A DNA stretch of 45,055 nucleotides, taken from positions 1 to 45,055 of the forward strand of contig JANPKP010000593.1 in NCBI GenBank assembly GCA_031426095.1, in the 5' to 3' direction. The notes under the pieces are model-generated. The model saw only the letters and a list, made by a program, of their open reading frames with translations, did not search any database and had not been told where the DNA came from. Origin of the DNA: Gemmataceae bacterium (GTDB taxonomy: Bacteria; Planctomycetota; Planctomycetia; Gemmatales; Gemmataceae). The translations under genes were made by a program, and so were the position numbers. This document shows positions 25,617-36,828 of the stretch, one piece after another. Numbering within the stretch: the stretch's first letter is position 1; every line of letters begins with the position of its first letter.

Positions 25617-26268
25617 CGACCAGAATCCGGGCGGCACCCAGCCCGGGGCCGGACCCCAGTGGCCGGGCGACGCCGGCCGCGGCAGCGCCGGGGACGACCA
25701 CGGCGGAGGCATGGGCGTCGACCCGACGGCCATCAAGCGGGGGTACGAGGACGACGTGAAGGACATCCGCGGCACGCTCGTCATGCCGCTGGCCGTCGTC
25801 GTCTTCTTCCTGATCGCACTCGGCACCGTGGCCACCCTGTTCGCCTTCTTCATGGGGTCCGACCAGCCCCGGCCGCCGCTCAACGACCGCATCGCGGACG
25901 TGGGCAAGGACCCCGGGTCGGCCGGCCCGCAGCCGCGGCTCGAAGCCATCCGCACCCGCGAGGCCGGCGACAACGCCTTCCCCAAGTTGGAACTCACGCC
26001 CCCCGGCGGGAGCCGGTACGCCAACTCGCCGGAGTACCACGCCGAGGACCTGCGGGCCGACCGCCAGCCGCTCCTCCAGCGGACCGAGGGCGGGCGGCTC
26101 CCGATCGACAAGGCGTTGGAGACGGCTGTGAAGGGCGGCTTGTTCCCGGCGCAGAAGGACGTGACGCCGGTGGCCGACATGATCCACTCGCCGACGGCGG
26201 CCAACGCCGGCCGCGGGGCCGGCGACGCCACCGCCCCCGAGCCGGACAAGAAGCCGGCCCACCACTAA
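25606..26268 (+). CDS. Hypothetical single-TM protein embedded between ACIII and SCO1/cox genes
   Basis: 220 aa. 11-nt overlap with actF. High GC3. Gly/Pro-rich N-terminus, one TM (LVMPLAVVVFFLIALGTVATLFAFF). No family recognised. Confidence 0.6.
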   Translation: MTTNDQNPGGTQPGAGPQWPGDAGRGSAGDDHGGGMGVDPTAIKRGYEDDVKDIRGTLVMPLAVVVFFLIALGTVATLFAFFMGSDQPRPPLNDRIADVGKDPGSAGPQPRLEAIRTREAGDNAFPKLELTPPGGSRYANSPEYHAEDLRADRQPLLQRTEGGRLPIDKALETAVKGGLFPAQKDVTPVADMIHSPTAANAGRGAGDATAPEPDKKPAHH

Positions 26269-26288
26269 CGAGAGTCCCGCGAGGGTCG

Positions 26289-27197
26289 ATGTTGAAGCCG
26301 TTCCTGCCAACCCTGTTCGCGGCCGCCGCCCTCGCGGCGGCCGCCCCCGCCGCCGGCCCCCCGCCGGTCGTTGGGGACGCGCCGAGCCACCGGGAGAACG
26401 TCGCCTTCGAGCAGCGGCTCGGCGAGCCGGTCCCGCTCGACGTGCCGTTCCGCGACGAGAACGAGCAGCCGATCACCCTCCGCCAGGCCGTCGGCGGCAA
26501 GCCGACGGTGCTGGTGCTCGCGTACTACCGCTGCCCGATGCTCTGCACGCAAGTCCTCAACGGCCTCACCGACGCCCTCCGGGAGATGCCGGCCGACTAC
26601 ACGGCGGGCGGCAAGTTCAACGTCGTCACGGTCAGCTTCGACCCGAAGGAGCACGGCAACCTGGCGAGCGAGAAGAAGAAGGCGTACCTTCAAAGCTACG
26701 GCCGCGAGGGGGCCGAGTGGCGGTTCCTGACCGGCCCGCAGGACTCGATCGTCGCCCTCACGAAGGCGGTCGGCTTCAAGTACGAGTACGACAAGTTCTT
26801 CAAGGACTACAACCACGCCAGCGGCCTCATCGTCCTGACGCCGGAGGGGAAGACCGCCCGCTACTTCCTCGGCCTCGGGTACAACGAGGAGTACAAGGTG
26901 CCGGGCGGGACCACGACGCTGCGGCTGTCGCTCGTCGAGGCGTCGAAGGGCACCATCGGGTCGGTGGTCGACCGCATCACCCTGTTCTGTGCCCCATTCG
27001 ACCACACGCAGAACCGCTACTCGCTCCGCATCTTCCGCGTCGTCCAGGCGGCCGGGGTCGTCACCGTGTTCGCCATCGCCGTCGGCACGGCGTTCCTCTT
27101 CCGCTCCGACCGGCGGAAGCGGTTCGCCGCCACCACACCCGCCACCACCACTGCCACTCTGGCGCACGACGGCCCGCCGTCGGGGGGGACCGCATGA
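26289..27197 (+). CDS. SCO1/SenC-family copper chaperone (paralog 1, C-terminal TM)
   Basis: Trimmed to the ATG at 26289, 302 aa. Signal peptide. Thioredoxin-like CPMLC with downstream His (YNHASG). C-terminal TM VVTVFAIAVGTAFLF. Confidence 0.85.
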   Translation: MLKPFLPTLFAAAALAAAAPAAGPPPVVGDAPSHRENVAFEQRLGEPVPLDVPFRDENEQPITLRQAVGGKPTVLVLAYYRCPMLCTQVLNGLTDALREMPADYTAGGKFNVVTVSFDPKEHGNLASEKKKAYLQSYGREGAEWRFLTGPQDSIVALTKAVGFKYEYDKFFKDYNHASGLIVLTPEGKTARYFLGLGYNEEYKVPGGTTTLRLSLVEASKGTIGSVVDRITLFCAPFDHTQNRYSLRIFRVVQAAGVVTVFAIAVGTAFLFRSDRRKRFAATTPATTTATLAHDGPPSGGTA

Positions 27198-28293
27198 ACG
27201 AGTCGCTGCCCTGGTTCCCCGAGCGGGCGTCCACCGCCGCCGTCGATTTCGAGTGGCTCTTTTGGTACATGATGGCCGTCACCGGCGTCGCCGGCCTGCT
27301 CGTGTACGCGGCGATGGCCGTGTTCTGCGTCCAGTACCGCCGCGGGGCCACGTCCGGCTCGACGCCGCGGATCCTGGGGTCGCACCGGCTCGAACTGATC
27401 TGGTCGATCATCCCCCTGTTCGCCTTCCTGTCGTTCTTCGCATGGGGGGCGTACGTGTACAACAAGGCGGTCAACCCGCCGCCGGACGTGGCCACCGAGA
27501 TCTTCGTGGTCGGCAAGCAGTGGATGTGGAAGGCCCAGTACCCGGACGGCCAGCGGGTCATCATCGGCGGCAACCCGGCGAACATGACGGAGGCCGAGCG
27601 GGCGTCGATCGGCAAGCTCGTGCTGCCCGTGAACCGGCCGGTCAAGATCACCCTCACCAGCGAGGACGTGATCCACGACTTCGGCATCCCGGCCTTCCGC
27701 CAGAAGATCGACGTGCTGCCGATGCGGTACACGACGACGTGGTACGAGCCGACCAAGACGGGCGAGTTCCACCTGTTCTGCGACCAGTACTGCGGGACGT
27801 GGCACTCGCTCATGGTCGGCAAGGTGAAGGTCGTGACCGAGGAGGAGTACGCCGACTGGCTCGAGGGGGTGAAGCCGCTCCAGGGGTCGGGCAACGCGGT
27901 CGACGGGTCGCCGGCCCGGGAGGGGGAGAAGCTCTTCCTCAAGCTCCAGTGCCTGAGCTGCCACTCGGCCAACCCGCAGGCGAAGGCCCCCGTGCTCGAA
28001 GGGCTCTACGGCACCCAGGTGCCGCTCCAGGGCGGGCAGACGGTGACGGCCGACGGGGCGTACATCCGCGAGTCGATCCGCAACCCGAAGGCGAAGGTCG
28101 TCCAGGGGTGGGAGGCGGTCATGCCCCACTACGACCGCAAGCAGGTGTCCGAGGACGACCTGAGTAACCTCGTCGCGTACATCCGGTCGCTCAAGCGGGG
28201 CGACACCCCGAAGCGGACCGAACAGTTCCCGGCCCCGGTCGGAGCCCCGACCACGCCGTCGCAGTCGCCGCCTCAGCCGGAGGGCAAGAAATA

Positions 28294-28294
<1 letters not shown>
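27194..28294 (+). CDS. ctaC: Cytochrome c oxidase subunit II with fused cytochrome c domain (caa3 type)
   Basis: ATGA overlap with SCO1, 366 aa. CuA block HDFGIPAF...[14 protein letters not shown]-terminal CLSCH. Confidence 0.9.
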
Positions 28295-30049
<1,755 letters not shown>

Positions 30050-30060
<11 letters not shown>

Positions 30061-30847
30061 CACCCACTCCCCGGTGCTGAAGCACCACTTCGAGGACCTC
30101 CACCAGCAGCACGCGTCCGAGCGGCTGGGCATGTGGATGTTCCTGGCGACCGAAGTGCTGTTCTTCGCCGGGCTCTTCGCCGCGTACACGATCTACCGGA
30201 TGCTCTACCCGGCCGAGTTCGAGTTCGCCAGCTCGAAGCTCCTCTGGTCGATCGCCGCCATCAACACCCTGTTGCTGGTGTCGAGCAGCTTCACGATGAC
30301 GATGGCCATCCGGTCGGCCCAGCTGGGCGACAAGAAGGCGCTCGCCCGCCGGCTCCTCATCACGGCCGCCCTGGGGTCCGGGTTCATGGGCCTCAAGGCG
30401 TTCGAGTACGCCACCGACTTCCACGAGAAGCTGGTGCCCGGGGAGCTGTTCCAGAGCGAGCTGGTGTCGGCCGACCTGGAGCTGAACGGGATGACCGCCG
30501 AACAGGCGGCCGCGTACAAGTTCGACGACGCCAAGCACGAACACTGGGCGCAGGAGTTGGCCAAGCACAACTTCGGCAAGGGGCCGGGCGACGAGGGGTT
30601 CATCAGCCCCGAGCGGGTGCAACTGTTCCTGATGTTCTACTACGTGATGACCGGCATCCACGGCGTGCACTTGGTCGTCGGCATCGGGTGCGTCCTGTGG
30701 CTGGTGGTCGAGACGTACCGCGACAAGATTCCGCCGGAGAACTACTCGACGGTAGAGATGGTGAGCCTCTACTGGCACTTGGTGGACGCCATCTGGCTGT
30801 TCCTCATGCCGCTGCTCTACCTCGCCGGGGCGGGGATGCACCACTGA
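30050..30847 (+). CDS. ctaE: Cytochrome c oxidase subunit III
   Basis: 265 aa. TTG start overlapping the ctaD end by 11 nt. [16 protein letters not shown] and [12 protein letters not shown] blocks. Confidence 0.9.
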
Positions 30848-30858
30848 CTCGGCAGTTG

Positions 30859-30893
30859 CGGGATTCGAATTTCGGATTGCGGACTTCAGACGG
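30859..30893. repeat. Tandem heptamers (CGGATTN-like x5) in the ctaE/subunit IV spacer
   Basis: CGGGATT CGAATTT CGGATTG CGGACTT CAGACGG. Contains the 8-nt palindrome ATTCGAAT. No complementary arm seen. Confidence 0.6.
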
Positions 30894-30897
30894 GACG

Positions 30898-31251
30898 ATG
30901 ACCACGAGGCTTCCCATGAGCGACCCGCACCACGCCCCGGCCGACCCGCACGGGGTGATCCACGACGTGGACAAGCCGGCCACCCTCCTCGGGGTGTTCG
31001 CCACCGTCCTCCTCGTGTCGGCCGTCAGCATCGGCATGTCGGTCGGCGTGCCCGGCCTCGGCAAGATGGCGCTGCCGTTGCAGATGACGTTCAGCACCAT
31101 CCAGGCGGTGGTGGTGCTGTACTTCTTCATGCACCTGAAGAAGGCCGACCGGGTCGTGCTGCTGTCGGCCGCCGCGTCGCTCTTCTGGATGGGCATCTTG
31201 TTCGTGTTGTTCCTCTCCGACTACCTGACGCGGGCGAAGTACACGTACTGA
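30898..31251 (+). CDS. Cytochrome c oxidase subunit IV-like small membrane protein
   Basis: Trimmed to the ATG at 30898 (alternative ATG at 30916), 117 aa. Three TM helices. Position after subunit III. Confidence 0.7.
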   Translation: MTTRLPMSDPHHAPADPHGVIHDVDKPATLLGVFATVLLVSAVSIGMSVGVPGLGKMALPLQMTFSTIQAVVVLYFFMHLKKADRVVLLSAAASLFWMGILFVLFLSDYLTRAKYTY

Positions 31252-31274
31252 CCCGCGGCGCGGCGGAGTGAACG

Positions 31275-32159
31275 TTGACTGTCGCACCGAGGTTGCTCGA
31301 AATCCTGAGGTGCCCCCGACACCACCTCGGGGGGCCGCTGGCGGAGGTCGGCGGGGCGCTGCGCTGCCCGGAGTGCGGCGTCGATTTCCCCGTCGTCGAG
31401 GGCATCCCGGTGCTGCTCGACGCGGGCCTGTTGGCCGAGCCGTTCTTCGCCGCCGAGCAACGGCAGTGGGACGCCCAGGCGGAAACTTACGAGTCGAACC
31501 GGGTGCGGGATGCCGTCTACATGGCCGGCGTCCGGAGTGCCGTCGCCAACCTCGGGGCGCGGCCCGGCGACCGCGTCCTCGACGCCGGGTGCGGCACCGG
31601 GTTGACCGTCCGGGCCTATCAGCGGCCGGGCGTCCGCACCGTGGCCCTCGACCTGTCGCTCCGCTCGTTGCTGTTCCTCAAGCCGCGACTCCGCGCCGGG
31701 GACGAGGTCGATCTGGTGTGCGGCGACCTGACGGCCCTGCCGTTCGCCGACGGGGCGTTCGACCGGGTGCTGTGTGCGAACGCCTTGCAGCACCTCCCCG
31801 ATGCCGAACGGCGGGGCGGGACCGTCCGCGAATTGGCCCGCGTCGCCCGCCCCGGGGGCCGGGTCGTCGTGTCGGCCCACAACTACTCCCGGGCGAAGGT
31901 CCGGGCGGGCTGGGCCAAGGAGGGCGGGGCCGGGCGGAGTTCGGACCCCGTCCAGTACATCCACCGGTTCGACGCCCCCGAGTTCGAGGCGCTACTCGGG
32001 CAGGCCCTGCGGGTTCGGAAGGTGACGGGGGCCGGCCTGCCCCTGTGGTACCGATACAAGTTGGCACCCCTGATGCGGCTGATCGAGCGCGTCGGGGCGA
32101 ATTCCCGGTTGAGTACCCGTTGGAGCAACATGCTGGTCGCCGTAGCGAGCCGCGGTTAA
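31275..32159 (+). CDS. Class I SAM-dependent methyltransferase with N-terminal Trm112-like zinc-ribbon
   Basis: 294 aa, TTG start. LLEILRCP...LRCPECGVDFPVVEGIPVLL, then motif I VLDAGCGTG and RPGGRVVV. Confidence 0.8.
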   Translation: MTVAPRLLEILRCPRHHLGGPLAEVGGALRCPECGVDFPVVEGIPVLLDAGLLAEPFFAAEQRQWDAQAETYESNRVRDAVYMAGVRSAVANLGARPGDRVLDAGCGTGLTVRAYQRPGVRTVALDLSLRSLLFLKPRLRAGDEVDLVCGDLTALPFADGAFDRVLCANALQHLPDAERRGGTVRELARVARPGGRVVVSAHNYSRAKVRAGWAKEGGAGRSSDPVQYIHRFDAPEFEALLGQALRVRKVTGAGLPLWYRYKLAPLMRLIERVGANSRLSTRWSNMLVAVASRG

Positions 32160-32356
32160 GGACGGACAGGCGGCCCGGTAGTGCGACCGACGCGGAAGTC
32201 GGCTTCGCGTACGGCGGACTGTGTGGCGTCGCCCCCACGCTATCGCATGATTTGGGCGAGACTCCGCGAATGCCCTTGGGCCGGCACTTGCGGAAAAATG
32301 ATGCGACAAAGCGTGGAGTATTCGGGGGCACTTCGATCAGGTTTCGAGGGTGTGGC

Positions 32357-33526
32357 GTGCGGTTCCGGGGCGTGACGCGGCGGGGGTGGGCCATCGGCCC
32401 GGCGGTCATCGCCGTCGCCCTGTCCGGCTGCGGCTCGCCCCCCGACTTCCCGGCCGAGATGCCGTTCGCCCCCCGGACCGACCGGCTCGTGCTGAAGGTG
32501 CCCGACCGCCAGCCGGCCGGCGGCAACGAGGGCGGCCGGCTCGACGAGGAACTGGCCGGCCTCGACGCCCTCGGCGGCCAGACGGCCGACCCGGCTTCGC
32601 TCCCGGCGGTCCCCCGACAGGCTCTGAACGCCTACCTCGCCGCCACCTTCGGCACCCCCGCCGCCCCGAAGATCGAGCGGGCCGACCCTGTGGTCTCCAC
32701 CCTGGGGCTGACGCCGGACCGGCTCGCGGAGGGCGGCCGGCTCTACCGCCGGCACTGCCTCCAGTGCCACGGCCTCGGCGGCGACGGCCGGGGGCCGACG
32801 GGTCTGTTCATCGACCCGCACCCGCGGGACTTCCGCCGCGGGTCGTTCAAGTTCACCTCCCCCGGCGGCGGCAAGCCCCGGCGGGCCGACCTCGAACGCA
32901 CCCTCGCCGCCGGCCTCAAGGGCACCGCCATGCCGGCGTTCGCCCTGCTCCCCGAAGGCGAACGCGACCTGATGGCCAGGTACGTCACGTTCCTCGCGGT
33001 CCGCGGGCAGGTCGAGTTTCAGACGCTCGCCGCCCTCGCCGCCGGGGGGGCCGACGGGGTGGACGGCGACGCGGCCGAGTTCGCCGCACAACGGCTGACG
33101 GCGGCCCTCTCCGAGTGGGCGCGGGCCGAAGCCGCTCCGCCCCCGTCACCCCCGCCTCCGGGGGCGGCCGAACGTGAGGGGGCCGACACCGAGGCCGCCG
33201 TCCGCCGCGGGCACGCACTTTTCGCGGACAAGGCCGGGGCCGGGTGCATAAGCTGTCACGAGGACTTCGGCCGCAAGGCGGCGCTCCGGTACGACGTGTG
33301 GGGCACGGTGGTCCGCCCGGCGGCGCTGACCGCCGGCGTCCACAAGGGCGGCGGCCGGCCGGAAGACCTGTTCGAGCGAATCCGCGGCGGCATCACCCCG
33401 TCCGGGATGCCGGCCCACCCGGCGCTGTCCGAGAGTCAGGCGTGGGACGTGGTGCGGTTCGTGCGGGCGCTGCCGCACCCGCCCGAGCTGCCGCCGGACG
33501 TGCGGGCGAAGGTTTACCCCGAGTGA
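32357..33526 (+). CDS. Diheme c-type cytochrome lipoprotein
   Basis: GTG at 32357 chosen because the in-frame codons 32270-32356 are rich in A/T third positions. Lipobox AVALSGC. CLQCH and CISCH. 389 aa. Confidence 0.75.
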   Translation: MRFRGVTRRGWAIGPAVIAVALSGCGSPPDFPAEMPFAPRTDRLVLKVPDRQPAGGNEGGRLDEELAGLDALGGQTADPASLPAVPRQALNAYLAATFGTPAAPKIERADPVVSTLGLTPDRLAEGGRLYRRHCLQCHGLGGDGRGPTGLFIDPHPRDFRRGSFKFTSPGGGKPRRADLERTLAAGLKGTAMPAFALLPEGERDLMARYVTFLAVRGQVEFQTLAALAAGGADGVDGDAAEFAAQRLTAALSEWARAEAAPPPSPPPPGAAEREGADTEAAVRRGHALFADKAGAGCISCHEDFGRKAALRYDVWGTVVRPAALTAGVHKGGGRPEDLFERIRGGITPSGMPAHPALSESQAWDVVRFVRALPHPPELPPDVRAKVYPE

Positions 33527-33555
33527 GTGCCGGCTTCGACGTGGATAACTGCACC

Positions 33556-34728
33556 ATGACCGACCCCGCGACGCCTACCCGCCCGGCCCCCCGCTGGCTG
33601 CACGCCTGGGCGGTCGGCACGGCCGCGGCCACGCTCGGGTTGCTCGTCCTCGGCCAGCTCGTCACCACCTTCCGGGCCGGGATGGCCGACCCCGTGTGGC
33701 CGACCGAGCCGTGGTACCTGGTGGACAACTACAAGGTCGATTTCGGCTACCTGATCGAACACGCCCACCGGATCGCCGGGTTCCTCATCGGCGGGCTGGT
33801 GGCGGTGCTGGCCCTCGGCGTCCTGGCCACCTCCCCCCGGCCGGCCACGCGGTGGGTGGGGCTGACCGGCGTCGTCCTCCTGCTCGCCGGGTTCGGCGAG
33901 TTCCACCGGGCGATGATGGCCCAGCGGGACGCCTTGCACCTCACGCTCCCGGTCGGCCCGGTGTTGTTCGCGGGGGCGGCCCTGGCGGTGGTCCTCTTCG
34001 CGGTGATGGCGGACGCGGCGAACGGCGTCCGCGGGGCCGGGTTGCGGGCCTTCGGGGTGGTCGTGTTGTTGGCCGTGATGACGCAGGGGCTCCTCGGCGG
34101 GTTCCGGGTGCGGCACCACGCCCTCTACGGCACCGACCTGGCGGCCGTCCACGGGGTGTTCGCCCAGGTGGTGTTCAGCCTACTCGTGAGCGTCGCGGTT
34201 CTCACCGCCGTTCGCCCGGCGGGCTTTACAGCGGCGTTGCGGAGCGTCCGCGTTCACACGCTCGGGCTGGTCGCCCTCGTGTTCGTGCAACTGGTGTGGG
34301 GGGCGATGGTCCGCCACGCCCCGACGCCGCTCGCCCAGCGGCTGCACTTTTTGACCGCCTTCTTGGTGGTGGCCGCCGTCATTCACCTGCTACAATCCGG
34401 GGCTCGCCTCGGGGCCGGCGGGTGGCTGCTCGGCGGGCTGATCGTTGTGCAGGTGACGCTCGGCGTCGAGGCGTGGATGGGGAAGTTCGGGAAGTACACG
34501 CTCCCCGAACTGGCCCCGGCGGTGACGCCCGGGGCGGCCGCCGTGCGGACCCTGCACACGCTCGTCGGCACCGGCGTGCTGGCCACGGCCGTGGCGCTGG
34601 CCGTGCGGGCGTGGGCCTTCCGGCCGGCGGTGGAGACGGCGGACGACGGGGTCGGGCGGGCGTGGGACGACGCGGGCGGGCGGGAGTTGGCGGCCGTCGG
34701 GGCCGGGCCACTGGGGGGGACGAGATGA
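33556..34728 (+). CDS. ctaA: Heme A synthase (COX15/CtaA family)
   Basis: Trimmed to the ATG at 33556, 390 aa. Polytopic with conserved His-containing helices (EHAHRIAGF, AVHGVFAQ). Confidence 0.85.
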   Translation: MTDPATPTRPAPRWLHAWAVGTAAATLGLLVLGQLVTTFRAGMADPVWPTEPWYLVDNYKVDFGYLIEHAHRIAGFLIGGLVAVLALGVLATSPRPATRWVGLTGVVLLLAGFGEFHRAMMAQRDALHLTLPVGPVLFAGAALAVVLFAVMADAANGVRGAGLRAFGVVVLLAVMTQGLLGGFRVRHHALYGTDLAAVHGVFAQVVFSLLVSVAVLTAVRPAGFTAALRSVRVHTLGLVALVFVQLVWGAMVRHAPTPLAQRLHFLTAFLVVAAVIHLLQSGARLGAGGWLLGGLIVVQVTLGVEAWMGKFGKYTLPELAPAVTPGAAAVRTLHTLVGTGVLATAVALAVRAWAFRPAVETADDGVGRAWDDAGGRELAAVGAGPLGGTR

Positions 34729-35702
34729 GGAAGGCGACCCTGACGGCCGAACCCGAGGTTTCGCCGCTCGAAACGTTCGTGGGGCCGCTCGCATCCCCGG
34801 CTTCGCCCGAGGCGGTGGCGGTGGCCGGGCCGACGCGGCTGGCCGACTTCAAGGAACTGACCAAGCCGCGGATCGCGGTCATGGCCCTGTTCACCGTCGC
34901 CATCGGCTACCTGCTCGGGGCCGGGCGGTCGGTCGACGGGGTGGTCTTGTTCAACACGCTCGTGGGGGCCGGGTTGGTGGCCGCCGGCGGCAGCGCCCTG
35001 AACCAGTGGCTCGAACGCGCCATCGACGGGCGGATGCGGCGGACCGCGAACCGACCACTCCCCGCCGGCCGGCTCACCCCCGGCGAAGCGCTGGCGTTCG
35101 GCGTCGGCCTCGGGGTGGCGGGGATGGCGTACCTCGCGCTCGTGGTCGGGCCGGAAGCGGCCGCCGTCGCCGGGGCCACGTTCGTCGCCTACGTCGGCAT
35201 TTACACGCCGCTCAAGACGGTGACGGCGTGGAACACCCTCGTCGGGGCGGTGCCGGGGGCGTTGCCGCCGGTCATCGGCTGGTGCGCGGCCCGCGGGTGG
35301 GGCGACCCGGCCGGGGCGGCGGCCCTGTTCCTGGTGCTGTTCCTGTGGCAAATCCCGCACTTCCTGGCCATCGCCTGGATGTACCGCGACGACTACGCCC
35401 GCGGCGGCCTGCGGATGCTCCCCGGCACCGACCCGTCCGGCCGGCTCACCGCCGCCGTGATGATCGGGACGTGCGTGCTGCTGCTCGCCTCCGGGCTGGC
35501 CCCCGTGTGGCTCGGCATGGGCGGCTGGCTCACGGCCGCGGGGGCGGTGCTGTTCGGCGTCCTGTTCCTCCGGCCGGCGGTGAAGTTCGCCACCCACCGC
35601 ACCGACCGCCAGGCCCGCAAGGTGCTGCGGGCGTCGCTCCTGTACCTGCCGGGCGTGCTGGGGTTGCTGCTCATCGACCACTTGGTCCGGCTCGTGGGGT
35701 AG
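34725..35702 (+). CDS. ctaB: Protoheme IX farnesyltransferase (heme O synthase)
   Basis: ATGA overlap with ctaA, 325 aa. UbiA-family blocks NQWLERAIDGRMRRTANRPLPAG and YRDDYARGG. Confidence 0.9.
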   Translation: MRKATLTAEPEVSPLETFVGPLASPASPEAVAVAGPTRLADFKELTKPRIAVMALFTVAIGYLLGAGRSVDGVVLFNTLVGAGLVAAGGSALNQWLERAIDGRMRRTANRPLPAGRLTPGEALAFGVGLGVAGMAYLALVVGPEAAAVAGATFVAYVGIYTPLKTVTAWNTLVGAVPGALPPVIGWCAARGWGDPAGAAALFLVLFLWQIPHFLAIAWMYRDDYARGGLRMLPGTDPSGRLTAAVMIGTCVLLLASGLAPVWLGMGGWLTAAGAVLFGVLFLRPAVKFATHRTDRQARKVLRASLLYLPGVLGLLLIDHLVRLVG

Positions 35703-35712
35703 GAATGAAAGC

Positions 35713-35833
35713 GAATTCACCACGGAGTCACAGAGAACACCGAGGGCGGAAACACGAGAGTCGGAAAGAACGGGATTCTTCTTCTCGGTGTTCGGCTCGG
35801 CTCCGTGTCCTCTGTGACTCCGTGGTTCAATTT
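35713..35833. repeat. Family-1 palindromic element, copy 3 (ctaB/SCO1 spacer, overlaps the SCO1 5' end)
   Basis: GAATTCACCACGGAGTCACAGAGAACACCGAG ... GTGTCCTCTGTGACTCCGTGGTTCAATTTC. Same orientation as copy 2. Confidence 0.9.
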
Positions 35834-36481
35834 CTCCTCTTTCTCTCGCTCCTCATCACCGGCTGCGGGCGGCCCGCCCCGACGCCCCACGCCCCCCCGC
35901 CGCGGGCCGAAGCCCCCGACCTCGACTACCCCGTCGGCACGTTCTCGCTCACGGAGCGGAGCGGGAAGACGGTCACGGACGCCGACCTCAAGGGGAAGGT
36001 GTGGGTGGCGTCGTTCGTGTTCACCCGCTGCACCGCCGGGTGCCCGCAGGTGGCCGCCACCGTCGCCAGGCTGCAAACCGAGTTCGCCGCCGAGCCCGAC
36101 GTGCGGCTCGTCACCTTTACCGTCGATCCGGCGCGAGACGATAAGGCCGAGTTGCAGAAGTACGCCACGCACTTCCACGCCGACCCCGCCCGCTGGCTGT
36201 TCCTGACCGGCGACGAGAAGGCGGTCCACACCCTCCTCGAACAACAGTTCAAACAGGGCGTGGGCGAACGCCCCGGGCCGGGGGTGAAGGCGGGCACCGA
36301 GTTCGCCCAGCACAGCACCAAGCTGGCGGTGGTGGACCGCAAAGGGGTGGTCCGCGGCATCTACGACGGCATCCGGGGCGATTCCCCGCCGGACGCCGAC
36401 GCCGGTTACGCCGACGAGCGATACGCGGACGCCTACCGCCGGCTGACGGCAAAGGTGAAGGCGCTGCTCCGGGAGCCGTGA
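35822..36481 (+). CDS. SCO1/SenC-family copper chaperone lipoprotein (paralog 2)
   Basis: CTAGCP CxxxC motif, downstream His (AQHSTK), lipobox LITGC. The only in-frame starts are GTG 35822 (inside the repeat arm) or ATG 35705 (reads through the whole repeat), so the start is uncertain. Confidence 0.75.
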   Translation: MVQFLLFLSLLITGCGRPAPTPHAPPPRAEAPDLDYPVGTFSLTERSGKTVTDADLKGKVWVASFVFTRCTAGCPQVAATVARLQTEFAAEPDVRLVTFTVDPARDDKAELQKYATHFHADPARWLFLTGDEKAVHTLLEQQFKQGVGERPGPGVKAGTEFAQHSTKLAVVDRKGVVRGIYDGIRGDSPPDADAGYADERYADAYRRLTAKVKALLREP

Positions 36482-36524
36482 CCGCCGCGCTTGGCACTCG
36501 GGTTGCATCCGTGATTCGACATGG

Positions 36525-36547
36525 GGCCGCCCGACGTTCGGGCGGCC
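36525..36547 (+). terminator. 9-bp perfect GC hairpin after SCO1 paralog 2
   Basis: GGCCGCCCGacgttCGGGCGGCC. No U-tract. Confidence 0.4.
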
Positions 36548-36575
36548 GGTCGGAACCGCTAACGGGAGGCGGACC

Positions 36576-36767
36576 ATGTCGCTTCTGAAATGGGCGCTCG
36601 TGTTCCTTGTGATCTCGGTGATCGCGGCCCTGTTCGGCTTCGGCGGCATCGCCGAGGGGACGGCCGACATCGCCAAGGTGCTGTTCTTTATCTTCGTGGC
36701 GATCTGCGTCGTGCTGTTCGTGATGGGGGCGTTCGTCTACCGCTCCATCGCCGGCCCGCCGGCGTGA
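36576..36767 (+). CDS. DUF1328/YtjA-like small membrane protein
   Basis: 63 aa. [26 protein letters not shown] motif. GGGAGG at 36564-36569. Confidence 0.8.
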   Translation: MSLLKWALVFLVISVIAALFGFGGIAEGTADIAKVLFFIFVAICVVLFVMGAFVYRSIAGPPA

Positions 36768-36783
36768 CGTTTGTCGAAGTCAC

Positions 36784-36828
36784 GACGCGGGCCGGGCGGC
36801 GGGAACATCTCGTCGCCCGGCCCGCGTC
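36784..36828. terminator. 15-bp perfect GC hairpin at the convergent DUF1328/kinase junction
   Basis: GACGCGGGCCGGGCG-loop-CGCCCGGCCCGCGTC (extendable to 18 bp with a G-U pair). Overlaps the kinase TGA (36827-36829). Confidence 0.65.

Noticed and set aside
32270-32356. ATG at 32270 as the start of the diheme cytochrome c gene.
   Set aside because: The 29 codons before GTG 32357 have many A/T third positions (aaa, aat, gat, aca, gta, ttt, tgt), unlike real coding sequence here. GTG 32357 immediately precedes a lipoprotein signal peptide. Not fully excluded.
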